Positions 20,423-29,883 of a stretch of 64,000 nucleotides of DNA are shown here, piece after piece. Under the pieces are notes generated by a model that was not told where the DNA came from, ran no database searches, and saw only the letters and a list, made by a program, of their open reading frames with translations. Positions within the stretch are counted from its first letter, which is position 1. Each line of letters begins with the position of its first letter. The stretch covers positions 776-64,775 of the forward strand of contig JBGCEN010000317.1 in assembly GCA_045106435.1 (NCBI GenBank), given 5' to 3'. Origin of the DNA: Rhodothermales bacterium. GTDB taxonomy: Bacteria > Bacteroidota > Rhodothermia > Rhodothermales > JAHQVL01. Both the position numbers and the translations under genes were made by a program.

Positions 20423-22717
20423 TTAGCGCAATTCTACTTTTAAGCCAATAGAAGGGATAAAAGGCAATTGATCAACCCTGCTGAAGGTAAATAAATCGTA
20501 GTAGAAGAGATTATTTCTATTGAGAATATTGATGCCTCCGGCGCGTAAAGTAACAACTGTTCTGCCGCGTTCAATACGACGCTCAAGCCATACATCAAGG
20601 CGCTGATAGGCCGGCTGGCGTCCTTCAAAAGGCGATCCGTACAAAATGCGATCCTGACCGGGATCGGAAGTCACATCAACATCAGGTGTTAATAAAAGGA
20701 AGACGTCAAATCCAGATGACTCTGTAAATGGGAGTCCGGAGCCATATTGTAATTGGGCCGTTATGCCGATGTTATCGCGTTCCGCATGTAATAGAATATT
20801 AAACTGATGCCGGCGGTCATGAGACGGCGTATAGGTAATCGAACTGGCTTCGTATTCTACCTTGGAAAAGGCATAACTCATGTACCCGTCTAGTTTCGAA
20901 TCATTCCAGAAAGGACGGTCATTAAAGTCGAGCCGTAAATCATAACCATACGCATCACCCGAAGCTGCCTGCAATGCCGTTGTGAATCTGGGCAAAACGC
21001 TGAAGATCGGGACCGTCAGGTTTTCAAAGCTTTTCCTGTAGCCTTCTACAGCAACTGAAAGCCAGGGCTTCACTTGCACATTGACACCAACAATTGCGTG
21101 CTGGCTTTCTGGTATGGCCTCTGCGGGAGAGGGGAGCCAGGCTGTAAACAGATTGCCCACGTCGCGCTCATCATTCAGTCCGGCAACGCTTTGATGATAA
21201 ATACCCCAGGCTCCGTTAAGCTTCACTTTGCCGTTGGCGGATTCTGGTGTGAAAGAAAGCCGGAAGCGCGGGTCAATCCATTGTTTATCGATATCAGGTA
21301 ACTGATACCAGTGAACACCAGGTTGCACTTGCAAATTTATCGATGGAAAAGAGAAATTTGCCTCAACGTATGCATCATGTTCTACAAGATCGTTACTGGC
21401 TATTTCCGGTACGCCCTGAAATTGACCACCCAGTTCATACTTTAAGGTAGATTCCCTGCGTGTAAATCCAGCATTAATGTCTGTGTTATTCAACGCATAG
21501 GTCAGGTGCGCACTCGCATCAAAGCTTTCGATACCCGAGGTACGTTCCGGACTGTTTTCTGTACCAATTTCATTGGTCATTTCCGACGTGTTGGCGGACA
21601 ATTCCATTTGAAGTGGAAGTCCGCGGGAAGTATAGGTGTATTTGCCACCGTACACCGTGTTGCGCCAGGCTACGGAATTGCTATCTACCGGTGCAGTGGA
21701 TAATGCATCCCCTTCAAACGTTTTTTGCGTGCCGGCAATATCCCCGCGGTCATAGGTATGAATACCCGTGAAGGAAATGCTGTGGTTGGCGTTGATAAAA
21801 CCATGTACTTTGCCAAAAATATCGCCAAAGCTGTATGGTAATTCCTGGCCCAGCATGTTTGGCATCACGTCTTCTATCAACGAGTGACGTACCGAACCAA
21901 TAACAGACAGGTGGTCTTTGATTAGTGGCCCTTCAATTCTCGCTGTACTAAGGAACGGTGCAACAGATACAGAGCCGGCCAAATTTTGCTTGTTGCCATT
22001 CCTGATTTTGACATCCATTACAGAGGACATCCGCGTGCCATACTTTGCACCGAAGCCGCCTGTGTAGATATCTGCATTATTGATAATCTCTTCCGGAAAT
22101 GCGGAGTAAAAGCTCAAAACATGAAATGGCATGTAGATCGGCATCCCGTCAATCAGTGCCAGGTTCTGGTCCAGGGCGCCACCGCGAACAAAAAATTGCC
22201 CCCCTCTGTCGCCTTGTAACGTGATGCCGGGCATGGTTTGTAGATAACTGGCCAGGTCGCCGGTCACACCGGGCATGGGAACGCGTTCGATTTGCGCCGG
22301 CACAACAGATTCCAGGCCTGCAGATACGGCAGTTACACCAGATTCCCGGTCTGCCTGAACCACGACCTCATCTAATTCTGCCTGACCAGGAGCCAGAATC
22401 ACATTGCGAGAGATTGTACCGCTTGCAGCAAACGTGATGGATTCCTCAAACGACTCAAATCCGATGAATGAGATGCGGAGCGTATAGGTGCCGGCAGGCA
22501 ATCGCTGGATCACGTAATATCCATCTCCGTCTGTAACGGTGCCAAGAAAAGTCTCTGCATCATTCTCCAGCACAACGGATGCACCTTGCAGTGCTTGCTC
22601 GGTTTCACCATCTGTAACAAATCCTTTTACAACAGACTGCTGTCCTGTAGCCAGTGTATTGGTACAAATGATAAGAATCAGAAAAACAAAAGAGATGCGG
22701 CAGAATAACTTAAGCAT
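20423..22717 (-). CDS. TonB-dependent receptor with an N-terminal CarboxypepD_reg domain
   Basis: Signal peptide, CarboxypepD_reg (VKGFVTDGETEQALQGASVVL..DGDGYYVI..LPAGTYTL), plug domain (PGITLQGDRGGQFFVRGG) and a long beta-barrel. Confidence 0.85.
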   Translation of the reverse strand: MLKLFCRISFVFLILIICTNTLATGQQSVVKGFVTDGETEQALQGASVVLENDAETFLGTVTDGDGYYVIQRLPAGTYTLRISFIGFESFEESITFAASGTISRNVILAPGQAELDEVVVQADRESGVTAVSAGLESVVPAQIERVPMPGVTGDLASYLQTMPGITLQGDRGGQFFVRGGALDQNLALIDGMPIYMPFHVLSFYSAFPEEIINNADIYTGGFGAKYGTRMSSVMDVKIRNGNKQNLAGSVSVAPFLSTARIEGPLIKDHLSVIGSVRHSLIEDVMPNMLGQELPYSFGDIFGKVHGFINANHSISFTGIHTYDRGDIAGTQKTFEGDALSTAPVDSNSVAWRNTVYGGKYTYTSRGLPLQMELSANTSEMTNEIGTENSPERTSGIESFDASAHLTYALNNTDINAGFTRRESTLKYELGGQFQGVPEIASNDLVEHDAYVEANFSFPSINLQVQPGVHWYQLPDIDKQWIDPRFRLSFTPESANGKVKLNGAWGIYHQSVAGLNDERDVGNLFTAWLPSPAEAIPESQHAIVGVNVQVKPWLSVAVEGYRKSFENLTVPIFSVLPRFTTALQAASGDAYGYDLRLDFNDRPFWNDSKLDGYMSYAFSKVEYEASSITYTPSHDRRHQFNILLHAERDNIGITAQLQYGSGLPFTESSGFDVFLLLTPDVDVTSDPGQDRILYGSPFEGRQPAYQRLDVWLERRIERGRTVVTLRAGGINILNRNNLFYYDLFTFSRVDQLPFIPSIGLKVELR

Positions 22718-22916
22718 GGGTTAACCGGGCTGGGTCAGAATAGTTGAATGAAGGTATCAAAAAAATTGAGGAACTGCTTCGTGGTCTCATCCATCGGGAG
22801 TATTCGGTCTCCGAATGGTATGTGAAGCCGCTAAACCATCTTTGGTTGTATTCGTACCTATATCCTGTAAATTTGTATATCCACTTTACGATAACCTCAG
22901 GAGCTGCTGTACCTTT

Positions 22917-25358
22917 ATGAGTAATTGGAAAAAACAGATCGCGCAGCTGAAGGGTGTTCAGTCTTTAAACACAGATTTAACGCGATACTGGCACATGGTA
23001 GGCCTGATTGATGCCGCGGGTGCCGGCCTTGCAATTACAACGGAAGAAGGATTGAAAGAACGCGTAAGAAAACTGAAGTTGCGCGTTTTATCAATGCATG
23101 AAGCGGTAAGGAAAACGGGTAATAATGAGGACATTGTATGGGAGTCGCTCCTTCCTGAAGCGTTTGCTTTGATCCGGGAAGTCTCAGCTCGTGTACTTGA
23201 TATGCGGCACTTTGATGTGCAGTTAATCGCCGGCATCGGGTTGTTGGAAGGCAAGCTTATTGAAATGAAAACGGGAGAAGGCAAGACCCTCAGTGCTGTA
23301 TTGCCGGTCTGTTTGAAAGCACTGACCGGAGCAGGAGTTCATGTGCTCACTTTTAACGACTATCTTGCAAAAAGAGATGCTGCATGGATGTATCCTGTCT
23401 ATTCATTTTTTGGTCTTTCTGTAGGCGTGGTACAGGAAGGCATGTCTACCATTGAACGTAAGGCTGCATATGCTGCGGATGTAACCTATGCGACCGCCAA
23501 AGAAGCCGGCTTTGATTTCTTGCGAAGCCACATGGCCAGAGAAGCCGAGGAGGTCGTGCAGCGGCCGTTTGGTTTTGCTATTGTTGATGAAGCAGATTCC
23601 ATACTCATAGACGAAGCGAGGGTACCGCTTGTGATCGCTGGGGAGCGGCCGGCCTCAGCGGCAGATCCCTATCAAGTCGCTAAGATGGTGCAGGCCCTGA
23701 TAGCGGGAGACGACTGGGAAACGGACGAGCATCGGCGTAATGTGTTGCTGACGGAAGCCGGCATCGACAAAGTAGAAGCGGCTTTTTCATGTGGAGATTT
23801 ACATGGTGAAGCTAATTTTGTGTTACTAACGGAAGTCAATCAGGCATTACATGCACACGTCTTGTTGCAAAAAGATGTGGATTACATTGTAAGAAATGAA
23901 CGGATCGAAATAGTAGATGAGTTCACCGGCAGGGTCGTTGATGATCGGCGTTGGCCAGATGGATTACAGGAAGCCCTGGAGGCAAAAGAGGGATTACCCA
24001 TTCAACCAGGTGGGCATATCCTTGGCTCGATTGCGTTGCAAAATTTCTTGAAGCAATATCCTGTACTTGCCGGCATGACAGCAACAGCGACACCGGCTGC
24101 CGCTGAGCTGGAGAAATTTTATGACCTCGATGTACTTGCTATCCCTGGAAATAAAGCATCGATAAGAGAAGATCTGGAAACGCGTATTTATACACACGCA
24201 GAGGCCAAGTACGCAGCAATTGTCGATGAGATAGCAAAGCAAAACAGGCAGTTAAGACCTGTTCTGGTAGGCACTAACAGTGTTAGAGAGTCAGAATTGG
24301 TGGCAGAGCGGCTTTCGCAAAGGGGGATCGAATGTGCAATCCTCAATGCAAAAAACGATGCGCTGGAAGCGGGCATCATATCGCTGGCTGGCTTGCCGGG
24401 AGCCGTGACCATCAGTACCAATATGGCAGGACGAGGGACCGATATAAAGCTTGGCGGTCCAGACGAAAAGTTCAGGGCAGAGGTTGTTGCAGCCGGCGGT
24501 TTATTGGTGTTGGCTACAAACCTGCATGAAAGCCGAAGAATCGATGACCAGTTACGTGGCCGCGCTGGTCGGCAGGGAGATCCTGGTAGTTCACAGTTTT
24601 TTGTGAGTCTCGAAGATCATTTAATGACAACTTTTGGTATTGAAGAACTGATTCCTGAAAAGCTGAGACCAGCAGAGCAAGCCGAGGACCTTGCCCACCC
24701 GATCATCTCGAGAGAAGTAGCCCGGATTCAAAGAATTGCCGAGGGGCAGAATTTTGAGATCAGGAAAACCATGTGGCGCTATTCTCAGATGGTTGAGGCA
24801 CAACGCCAAAAGTTGATGGCCTGGCGTAAAGAAGTGTTTGATAAAGAGGCTGAGCTAAAAGTGTTCAAACAGTATTGGCCGGCGCGCTATAATGAAATAT
24901 GTAATGCCTTAGGTACCCAGGTTATGTACGATGCTGAACGACTGGTTACCTTGCACTTTATTGATACATGCTGGTCAAATCATTTATCAACAATTTCGCA
25001 CATTAGAGAAGGAATACATCTCGTTGGCCTGGGCGGGAAAGACCCTTTGTTCGAGTTCCACAAACAAATTGCCGACGCCTTTTGGGTCTTGCTGCAAGAC
25101 ATAGAATCTAAAACAAGTACGTTTTTAGAAACCGTTGAAATCACAGCAGATGGAATAGACGAAAGTCAGGCGGGTATTCGTGGGCCTGCTTCAACATGGA
25201 CCTATCTGGTGAATGATCGTGCCATGAACGATTTGCAGCAAATGCTTTTTGGGCACGGATCAACAGCTTTTGTCGGCCTGGGTGTAATTATGACATGGCC
25301 GCTATTACTCGCCTGGGGAATATGGAAACGTATCAAAATGCACCGGCACAACCGCTAA
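22917..25358 (+). CDS. secA: SecA-family translocase ATPase paralogue (813 aa) with a C-terminal transmembrane helix
   Basis: ORF 22815..25358. The likely start is the ATG at 22917. SecA Walker A (MKTGEGKTL), TFNDYLAKRDA, DEAD-like VDEADSILIDEARVPLVI, and NBD2 TNMAGRGTDIKLGG / LRGRAGRQGDPGSS. The C-terminus is AFVGLGVIMTWPLLLAWGIWKRIK, with no Cys/His zinc-finger tail. Confidence 0.85.
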   Translation: MSNWKKQIAQLKGVQSLNTDLTRYWHMVGLIDAAGAGLAITTEEGLKERVRKLKLRVLSMHEAVRKTGNNEDIVWESLLPEAFALIREVSARVLDMRHFDVQLIAGIGLLEGKLIEMKTGEGKTLSAVLPVCLKALTGAGVHVLTFNDYLAKRDAAWMYPVYSFFGLSVGVVQEGMSTIERKAAYAADVTYATAKEAGFDFLRSHMAREAEEVVQRPFGFAIVDEADSILIDEARVPLVIAGERPASAADPYQVAKMVQALIAGDDWETDEHRRNVLLTEAGIDKVEAAFSCGDLHGEANFVLLTEVNQALHAHVLLQKDVDYIVRNERIEIVDEFTGRVVDDRRWPDGLQEALEAKEGLPIQPGGHILGSIALQNFLKQYPVLAGMTATATPAAAELEKFYDLDVLAIPGNKASIREDLETRIYTHAEAKYAAIVDEIAKQNRQLRPVLVGTNSVRESELVAERLSQRGIECAILNAKNDALEAGIISLAGLPGAVTISTNMAGRGTDIKLGGPDEKFRAEVVAAGGLLVLATNLHESRRIDDQLRGRAGRQGDPGSSQFFVSLEDHLMTTFGIEELIPEKLRPAEQAEDLAHPIISREVARIQRIAEGQNFEIRKTMWRYSQMVEAQRQKLMAWRKEVFDKEAELKVFKQYWPARYNEICNALGTQVMYDAERLVTLHFIDTCWSNHLSTISHIREGIHLVGLGGKDPLFEFHKQIADAFWVLLQDIESKTSTFLETVEITADGIDESQAGIRGPASTWTYLVNDRAMNDLQQMLFGHGSTAFVGLGVIMTWPLLLAWGIWKRIKMHRHNR

Positions 25359-25380
25359 AATGCAGCTTATACATTCAAAA

Positions 25381-25410
25381 ACATTGAACCCTGAACATTG
25401 AACCCTGAAC
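25381..25410. repeat. Tandem ACATTGAACCCTGA repeat (14 nt x 2.1, i.e. 7-nt period NNTGAAC)
   Basis: Read directly: acattgaaccctga acattgaaccctga ac. It lies between convergent genes. Confidence 0.9.
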
Positions 25411-25437
25411 GCGTCACGGATAAAGTATCCGTGACGC
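25411..25437. terminator. Perfect 12-bp hairpin between convergent genes (candidate bidirectional terminator)
   Basis: GCGTCACGGATA-aag-TATCCGTGACGC. It lies between the secA-like stop (25358) and the minus-strand stop (25446). There is no U-tract. Confidence 0.55.
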
Positions 25438-25445
25438 TACCCGTT

Positions 25446-26345
25446 CTAAGCGCGTTTCATGCCGCTAAATCTTGTCAGGTTGTCTTGTAAAGCCTCCAAT
25501 GGTGGATGGCCTTCGTGCTCATACTCAATGATATAAGATTCGACACCACCCACAGATTCGCTCAGGTTCATAATGGTAGGCCAATCGGTGCTATCCTCTC
25601 CAATGAAAGCATTAAATGGATCATCAGAACCGATGGTGTAGGGCTTGATATGCATACTCGCAATTCGTCCCGGATGCCCCTTCAATACTGCTGCAAGGTC
25701 TGCGCCGCCGGCTGAGGCGTTGCCTGTATCCAGTTGCAGGATGAAATCATCCGGTGTATTGTCTGCAATCAAATCCCAAACGCTTGTGCCGTCAAACAAT
25801 TGTGAAAAGCTATACGCATGGCAGTGATAGCCCGTCTTCATACCTAATGGTCGCAGTTTGTCGGAAATGGCTACAAAGTCGTCAATGGTTCTCATGAGCC
25901 CATCCTTTGAACCTGAACGCTCCTTGCTGATGCCGGCGACAATCAAATTGTTGTTGCCAATGGTCTGATTGTAAGCAACCGTTTTTTCCAACTCATCACC
26001 CAATAAAGGATCAATTCCGAGGTGCGTGCTTACGGCATTGAGGCCATTGTCGGTGAGCATTTTACGTGTTTCTTCGGCGGTGTACTCAAAATGGCCGGCA
26101 AATTCAACATCTGTAAATCCAAGTTCAGCGACTTTGGTAAGTGTGCCCGGTACATCTTTTTCCATGAGGTGCCTGAAGCAGTAGAGCTGTACACCAATAG
26201 GAACTGCAGTAGCCATAGCAGCGACAGATACAGCCGGCGTGTCGGATTCACCGCATGCGGCCATTGTTGTTGCTGCAAAAGCTGCGGTAACACCGCCGGC
26301 GGTTAAATGGAGGAAATCACGACGAGAGTAAGCGTTATCATTCAT
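25446..26345 (-). CDS. Tat-exported sugar phosphate isomerase/epimerase (xylose isomerase-like TIM barrel)
   Basis: ORF 25446..26489. The ATG at 26345 gives the Tat signal MNDNAYSRRDFLHLTAGGVTAAFAA. The overall pattern is AP_endonuc_2/TIM-barrel-like (VQLYCFR, GFTDVEFAGH, HCHAYSF, LDTGNA, YIIEYE). Confidence 0.7.
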   Translation of the reverse strand: MNDNAYSRRDFLHLTAGGVTAAFAATTMAACGESDTPAVSVAAMATAVPIGVQLYCFRHLMEKDVPGTLTKVAELGFTDVEFAGHFEYTAEETRKMLTDNGLNAVSTHLGIDPLLGDELEKTVAYNQTIGNNNLIVAGISKERSGSKDGLMRTIDDFVAISDKLRPLGMKTGYHCHAYSFSQLFDGTSVWDLIADNTPDDFILQLDTGNASAGGADLAAVLKGHPGRIASMHIKPYTIGSDDPFNAFIGEDSTDWPTIMNLSESVGGVESYIIEYEHEGHPPLEALQDNLTRFSGMKRA

Positions 26346-26517
26346 ACGTAGGGTGGTTAAGGTAGGGATCGGCACACAAGTGCAGATTTCTTTATAATAA
26401 AACAATGGATTATAACCCATAGATGCAATTTCACCCTGATCCGTGGTGCGTATAGTCACAGAAAATCTTGAGGATATGTACCTTAACAATCAAATCCCGA
26501 GCCTCCTGAATAAAGCC

Positions 26518-29500
26518 ATGCGTTATCTCAATTGTTTGATTGTCATGCTTGCCGGAGTAATCGCTTTGTCTGGCTGCATGCGTAAGTTACCAGATGATGT
26601 TATCCTGGCCTATGAATCGCTGCCGGCTGAAATTGATTTTAATGAACATATCAGACCCATTCTTTCGGATCGCTGTTTTACATGCCATGGTCCCGACAAT
26701 AATACACGAGAAGCATCGCTGCGGTTAGATACTGAGGCGGCGGCGTTTTCTCGTTTAACGGAATCACGTGGGCATGCTTTTGTAAGAGGAAATCCTCATA
26801 AAAGCATGGCCCTGCAAAGAATTGTATCTGATGATCCATCCTATATAATGCCTCCTCCGGTATCAAATTTACATCTAACAGCGATCGAAAAGGCCATGAT
26901 TGCCAAGTGGATAGACGAGGGGGCAAAATGGAAAGATCATTGGTCGTTCATCCCGCCAGAAAAAGTTGTCCTGCCAGAAATTGATGACTTTGTTGCAGCC
27001 AAAGTGATAAATCCGATTGATCTCTTTGTCCTGCGTGCGCAACAAGAAAAAGGACTCTCGTTTTCGGAAGAGGCTGATCCCGAGCGATTATTGAGGCGGG
27101 TGACGCTTGGTCTTACAGGGTTGCCGCCAAGCATCGATGCAATTGACACTTTTCTTGCTGCTTCATCAGCTGACGCCTATGAAACTGTGGTAGACCAACT
27201 CCTGGAAACGGATGCGTACGCAGAAAGAATGGCAATGGAGTGGCTCGATGTTGCACGGTATGCAGATTCTCATGGCATGCACTCAGATTTGACGCGGTAC
27301 AACTGGCCGTGGAGAGATTGGGTGATTGATTCATTCCGTGAAAACATGCCCTACAACAAATTTATCACGTTGCAAATAGCCGGCGATTTAATGCCTGATG
27401 CAACCAAGGAGCAAAAACTTGCAACAGCTTTCCTTCGCAATCACCCCACAACGGCTGAAGGAGGGGCCGTCAACGAGGAGTTCAGGCAGAAGTATGTGCA
27501 GGATAGAACCAATACAACGGCAACTGCATTTTTGGGATTAACGATGGAATGCGCTGGATGCCATGATCACAAGTTTGATCCTGTTTCGCAGAAGGAGTAT
27601 TACGAGATGACCGCCTTCTTCAACAATATTAAGGAGCTGGGCATGCAGGCGGAGGTGAACATTAAGGAAGGCTATTCTTCCGGGCCAACCATGCTTATGC
27701 CAGATGCTGACACAGAAAAGCGATTGGAGACATTGGCGCTTAAAATAGATCAGACATTAAAGGATATTCAGGATTGGCGGTCAGAGTATAAGATCCCTGC
27801 TGGTGTTTCAACAACGCCTGATCAACGTGTTGTGCAGATGCCAGAGGCGACCGGCTTGTTTCCCTTTGAGTCGATTGAGCCGGCAGACATGGATCTTGGC
27901 AATGTGCATCGCATTGTTTCGAATACGCCGATTGATAAAATAGTTGATGGTAATAAAGAAACACCGGCTTCCGGGAATCCTGAGGTGGTGACGGGTAAAG
28001 TTGGGAATGCCATTCGGTTTGTAAAGGAAAGAGAGCTCGTTTTTTTAAAGGATGTTGCTGACTTTGAAATACACGAACCCTATTCTGCCGGCGCCTGGAT
28101 TAAAATGGAAAAGGAAAATACCACCCAGACCATTATTGGCAATTCAGGCGAACTTGGCAATGCATGGCGTGGATGGGATTTTTATTTAGATCCGGATAAC
28201 AAGCTAAACTTGCGCATTACGAGCGCGTGGCCTCATAACTACATGCAAGTGACCTCCTTGCAGGGTATTTCATCAGAAGATTGGCAGCACGTGTTTTTCT
28301 CTTATGATGGATCCGGGAAAGCGGATGGGATACGACTATTTGTAAATGGGCAGCAGATTGATCATGAGATCCCTTATGACAAATTGTACAAGACGATAAT
28401 CCATACCTGGCGTAAGAAAAAGGGCTGGGATAACAAGCCGGTTATGGTAGGGCGGAGCGGTCGGTTTCACACGGGTGAAAACGGTGTGTTTGAGGGAGCC
28501 ATTGATCAGGTAGCTATTTTCCATGAGCAATTAACAGCGTTAGAAATTGCTAAAATGGTGCATGCAGATGACAATACCGCATTGGACTTTTCATCGTTAT
28601 CCCCTGAGCTTGTAAGGAATCATCACCTGGAGCGTCACGATGGCACATACCTCTCATTAATGCGTGAATTGCAGCAACTGCAGTTCGAAAAAATCACTTT
28701 GCTAGCGGATGTGCCGGAGATTATGGTGATGGAGGAAATGGCAGAAAGGAGAAAAACATATGTACTGGATCGCGGGCAATATGACGCACCGCTAGAAGAG
28801 GTTGTTGCTTCTACCCCCGTCTCTGTATTGCCCTTTTCCGAAGACTTGCCCCGGAACAGGCTGGGTCTGGCAAAATGGTTGACTGATCCCCAAAATCCAT
28901 TGACGGCCAGGGTAACTGTGAATCGGTACTGGCAAATGATTTTTGGTAGCGGGCTTGTAGACACGCCGCATGACTTCGGTATGCAGGGTGCTAGTCCGAG
29001 TCATCCTCAATTACTTGATTGGTTGGCGGTAACATTTGTGGAGTCAGGGTGGGATGTCAAAGCACTGGTTAAGCGCATGGTTATGTCTGCCACATATCGC
29101 CAATCGTCTGTGTTAACCGAACAGCTTATCTCGGTTGATCCAAAGAACAAATGGCTGGCACGTGGGCCGAGTTATAGAATGCCGGCAGAAACGATCAGAG
29201 ATGTTGCGCTGGCGTCAAGCGGTTTGCTTACAGAAAAGACGGGCGGAGAAAGCGTAAAGCCGTATCAGCCGGCAGGGTTATGGGCGGAGAAAACCGGTGC
29301 GCACATGACTTATCATCCTGATTCAGGAGATAGCCTCTACCGAAGAAGCATGTACACGTACGTTCGTCGTACAACACCTCATCCCGCAATGATTGCATTT
29401 GACGCGCCCGATCGGTCTGTGTGTACGGTGCAACGAGAAAATACAAACACCCCGCTACAAGCATTGGTGCTTTTAAACGATCCCCAATTTGTTGAAGCGG

Positions 29501-29796
29501 CTCGTGTTTTGGCGGAGAGAATGCAGGATGAAGGGGGGGACGCTTTGGTGGATCAGATTACGTATGCTTTTCGCCTGGTAACCGGGCGTATGCCATCCAG
29601 GGAAGAACTTGGATTGTTCGAGGCGCAGTATCTAAAAGGAAAAGAGAAGTATGACAAGTATCCAGATGAAGCCAGAAAGTTGATGCAGGTAGGGGCGTAT
29701 CCCTTTGACAAAAAACTGGACACAATAGAGACCGCAGCATTGACGATGGTCGCGAGTACCTTGCTGAATCATGATGAGGCATATATGATGAGGTAA
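26518..29796 (+). CDS. PSCyt2 (planctomycete cytochrome c-like) - DUF1549 - LamG - DUF1553 (PSD1) protein
   Basis: ORF 26443..29796. The ATG at 26518 gives a lipoprotein-like signal (LAGVIALSGC). Heme-motif-like CFTCHGPD and CAGCHDHKFDP. A Laminin_G_3-like insert (GNAIRF...AWIKM...WQHVFFSYDG...LFVNGQQ...GAIDQVAIF). A DUF1553-like C-terminus (NRYWQMIFGSGLV, FDAPDR). Confidence 0.8.
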   Translation: MRYLNCLIVMLAGVIALSGCMRKLPDDVILAYESLPAEIDFNEHIRPILSDRCFTCHGPDNNTREASLRLDTEAAAFSRLTESRGHAFVRGNPHKSMALQRIVSDDPSYIMPPPVSNLHLTAIEKAMIAKWIDEGAKWKDHWSFIPPEKVVLPEIDDFVAAKVINPIDLFVLRAQQEKGLSFSEEADPERLLRRVTLGLTGLPPSIDAIDTFLAASSADAYETVVDQLLETDAYAERMAMEWLDVARYADSHGMHSDLTRYNWPWRDWVIDSFRENMPYNKFITLQIAGDLMPDATKEQKLATAFLRNHPTTAEGGAVNEEFRQKYVQDRTNTTATAFLGLTMECAGCHDHKFDPVSQKEYYEMTAFFNNIKELGMQAEVNIKEGYSSGPTMLMPDADTEKRLETLALKIDQTLKDIQDWRSEYKIPAGVSTTPDQRVVQMPEATGLFPFESIEPADMDLGNVHRIVSNTPIDKIVDGNKETPASGNPEVVTGKVGNAIRFVKERELVFLKDVADFEIHEPYSAGAWIKMEKENTTQTIIGNSGELGNAWRGWDFYLDPDNKLNLRITSAWPHNYMQVTSLQGISSEDWQHVFFSYDGSGKADGIRLFVNGQQIDHEIPYDKLYKTIIHTWRKKKGWDNKPVMVGRSGRFHTGENGVFEGAIDQVAIFHEQLTALEIAKMVHADDNTALDFSSLSPELVRNHHLERHDGTYLSLMRELQQLQFEKITLLADVPEIMVMEEMAERRKTYVLDRGQYDAPLEEVVASTPVSVLPFSEDLPRNRLGLAKWLTDPQNPLTARVTVNRYWQMIFGSGLVDTPHDFGMQGASPSHPQLLDWLAVTFVESGWDVKALVKRMVMSATYRQSSVLTEQLISVDPKNKWLARGPSYRMPAETIRDVALASSGLLTEKTGGESVKPYQPAGLWAEKTGAHMTYHPDSGDSLYRRSMYTYVRRTTPHPAMIAFDAPDRSVCTVQRENTNTPLQALVLLNDPQFVEAARVLAERMQDEGGDALVDQITYAFRLVTGRMPSREELGLFEAQYLKGKEKYDKYPDEARKLMQVGAYPFDKKLDTIETAALTMVASTLLNHDEAYMMR

Positions 29797-29883
29797 GCAC
29801 GATGCAAACATCAAATGTCCTGCTTGATATTCTGCATGGATAACTCGCATGAAAACCCTGCATTGGAATAATACGGTATAACC

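Noticed and set aside
25381-25410. Could the short tandem and direct repeats (25381, 38258, 46572, 49974) be CRISPR arrays?
   Set aside because: The repeat units are 7-17 nt with no unique spacers of 25-40 nt. There are no cas genes in the window.
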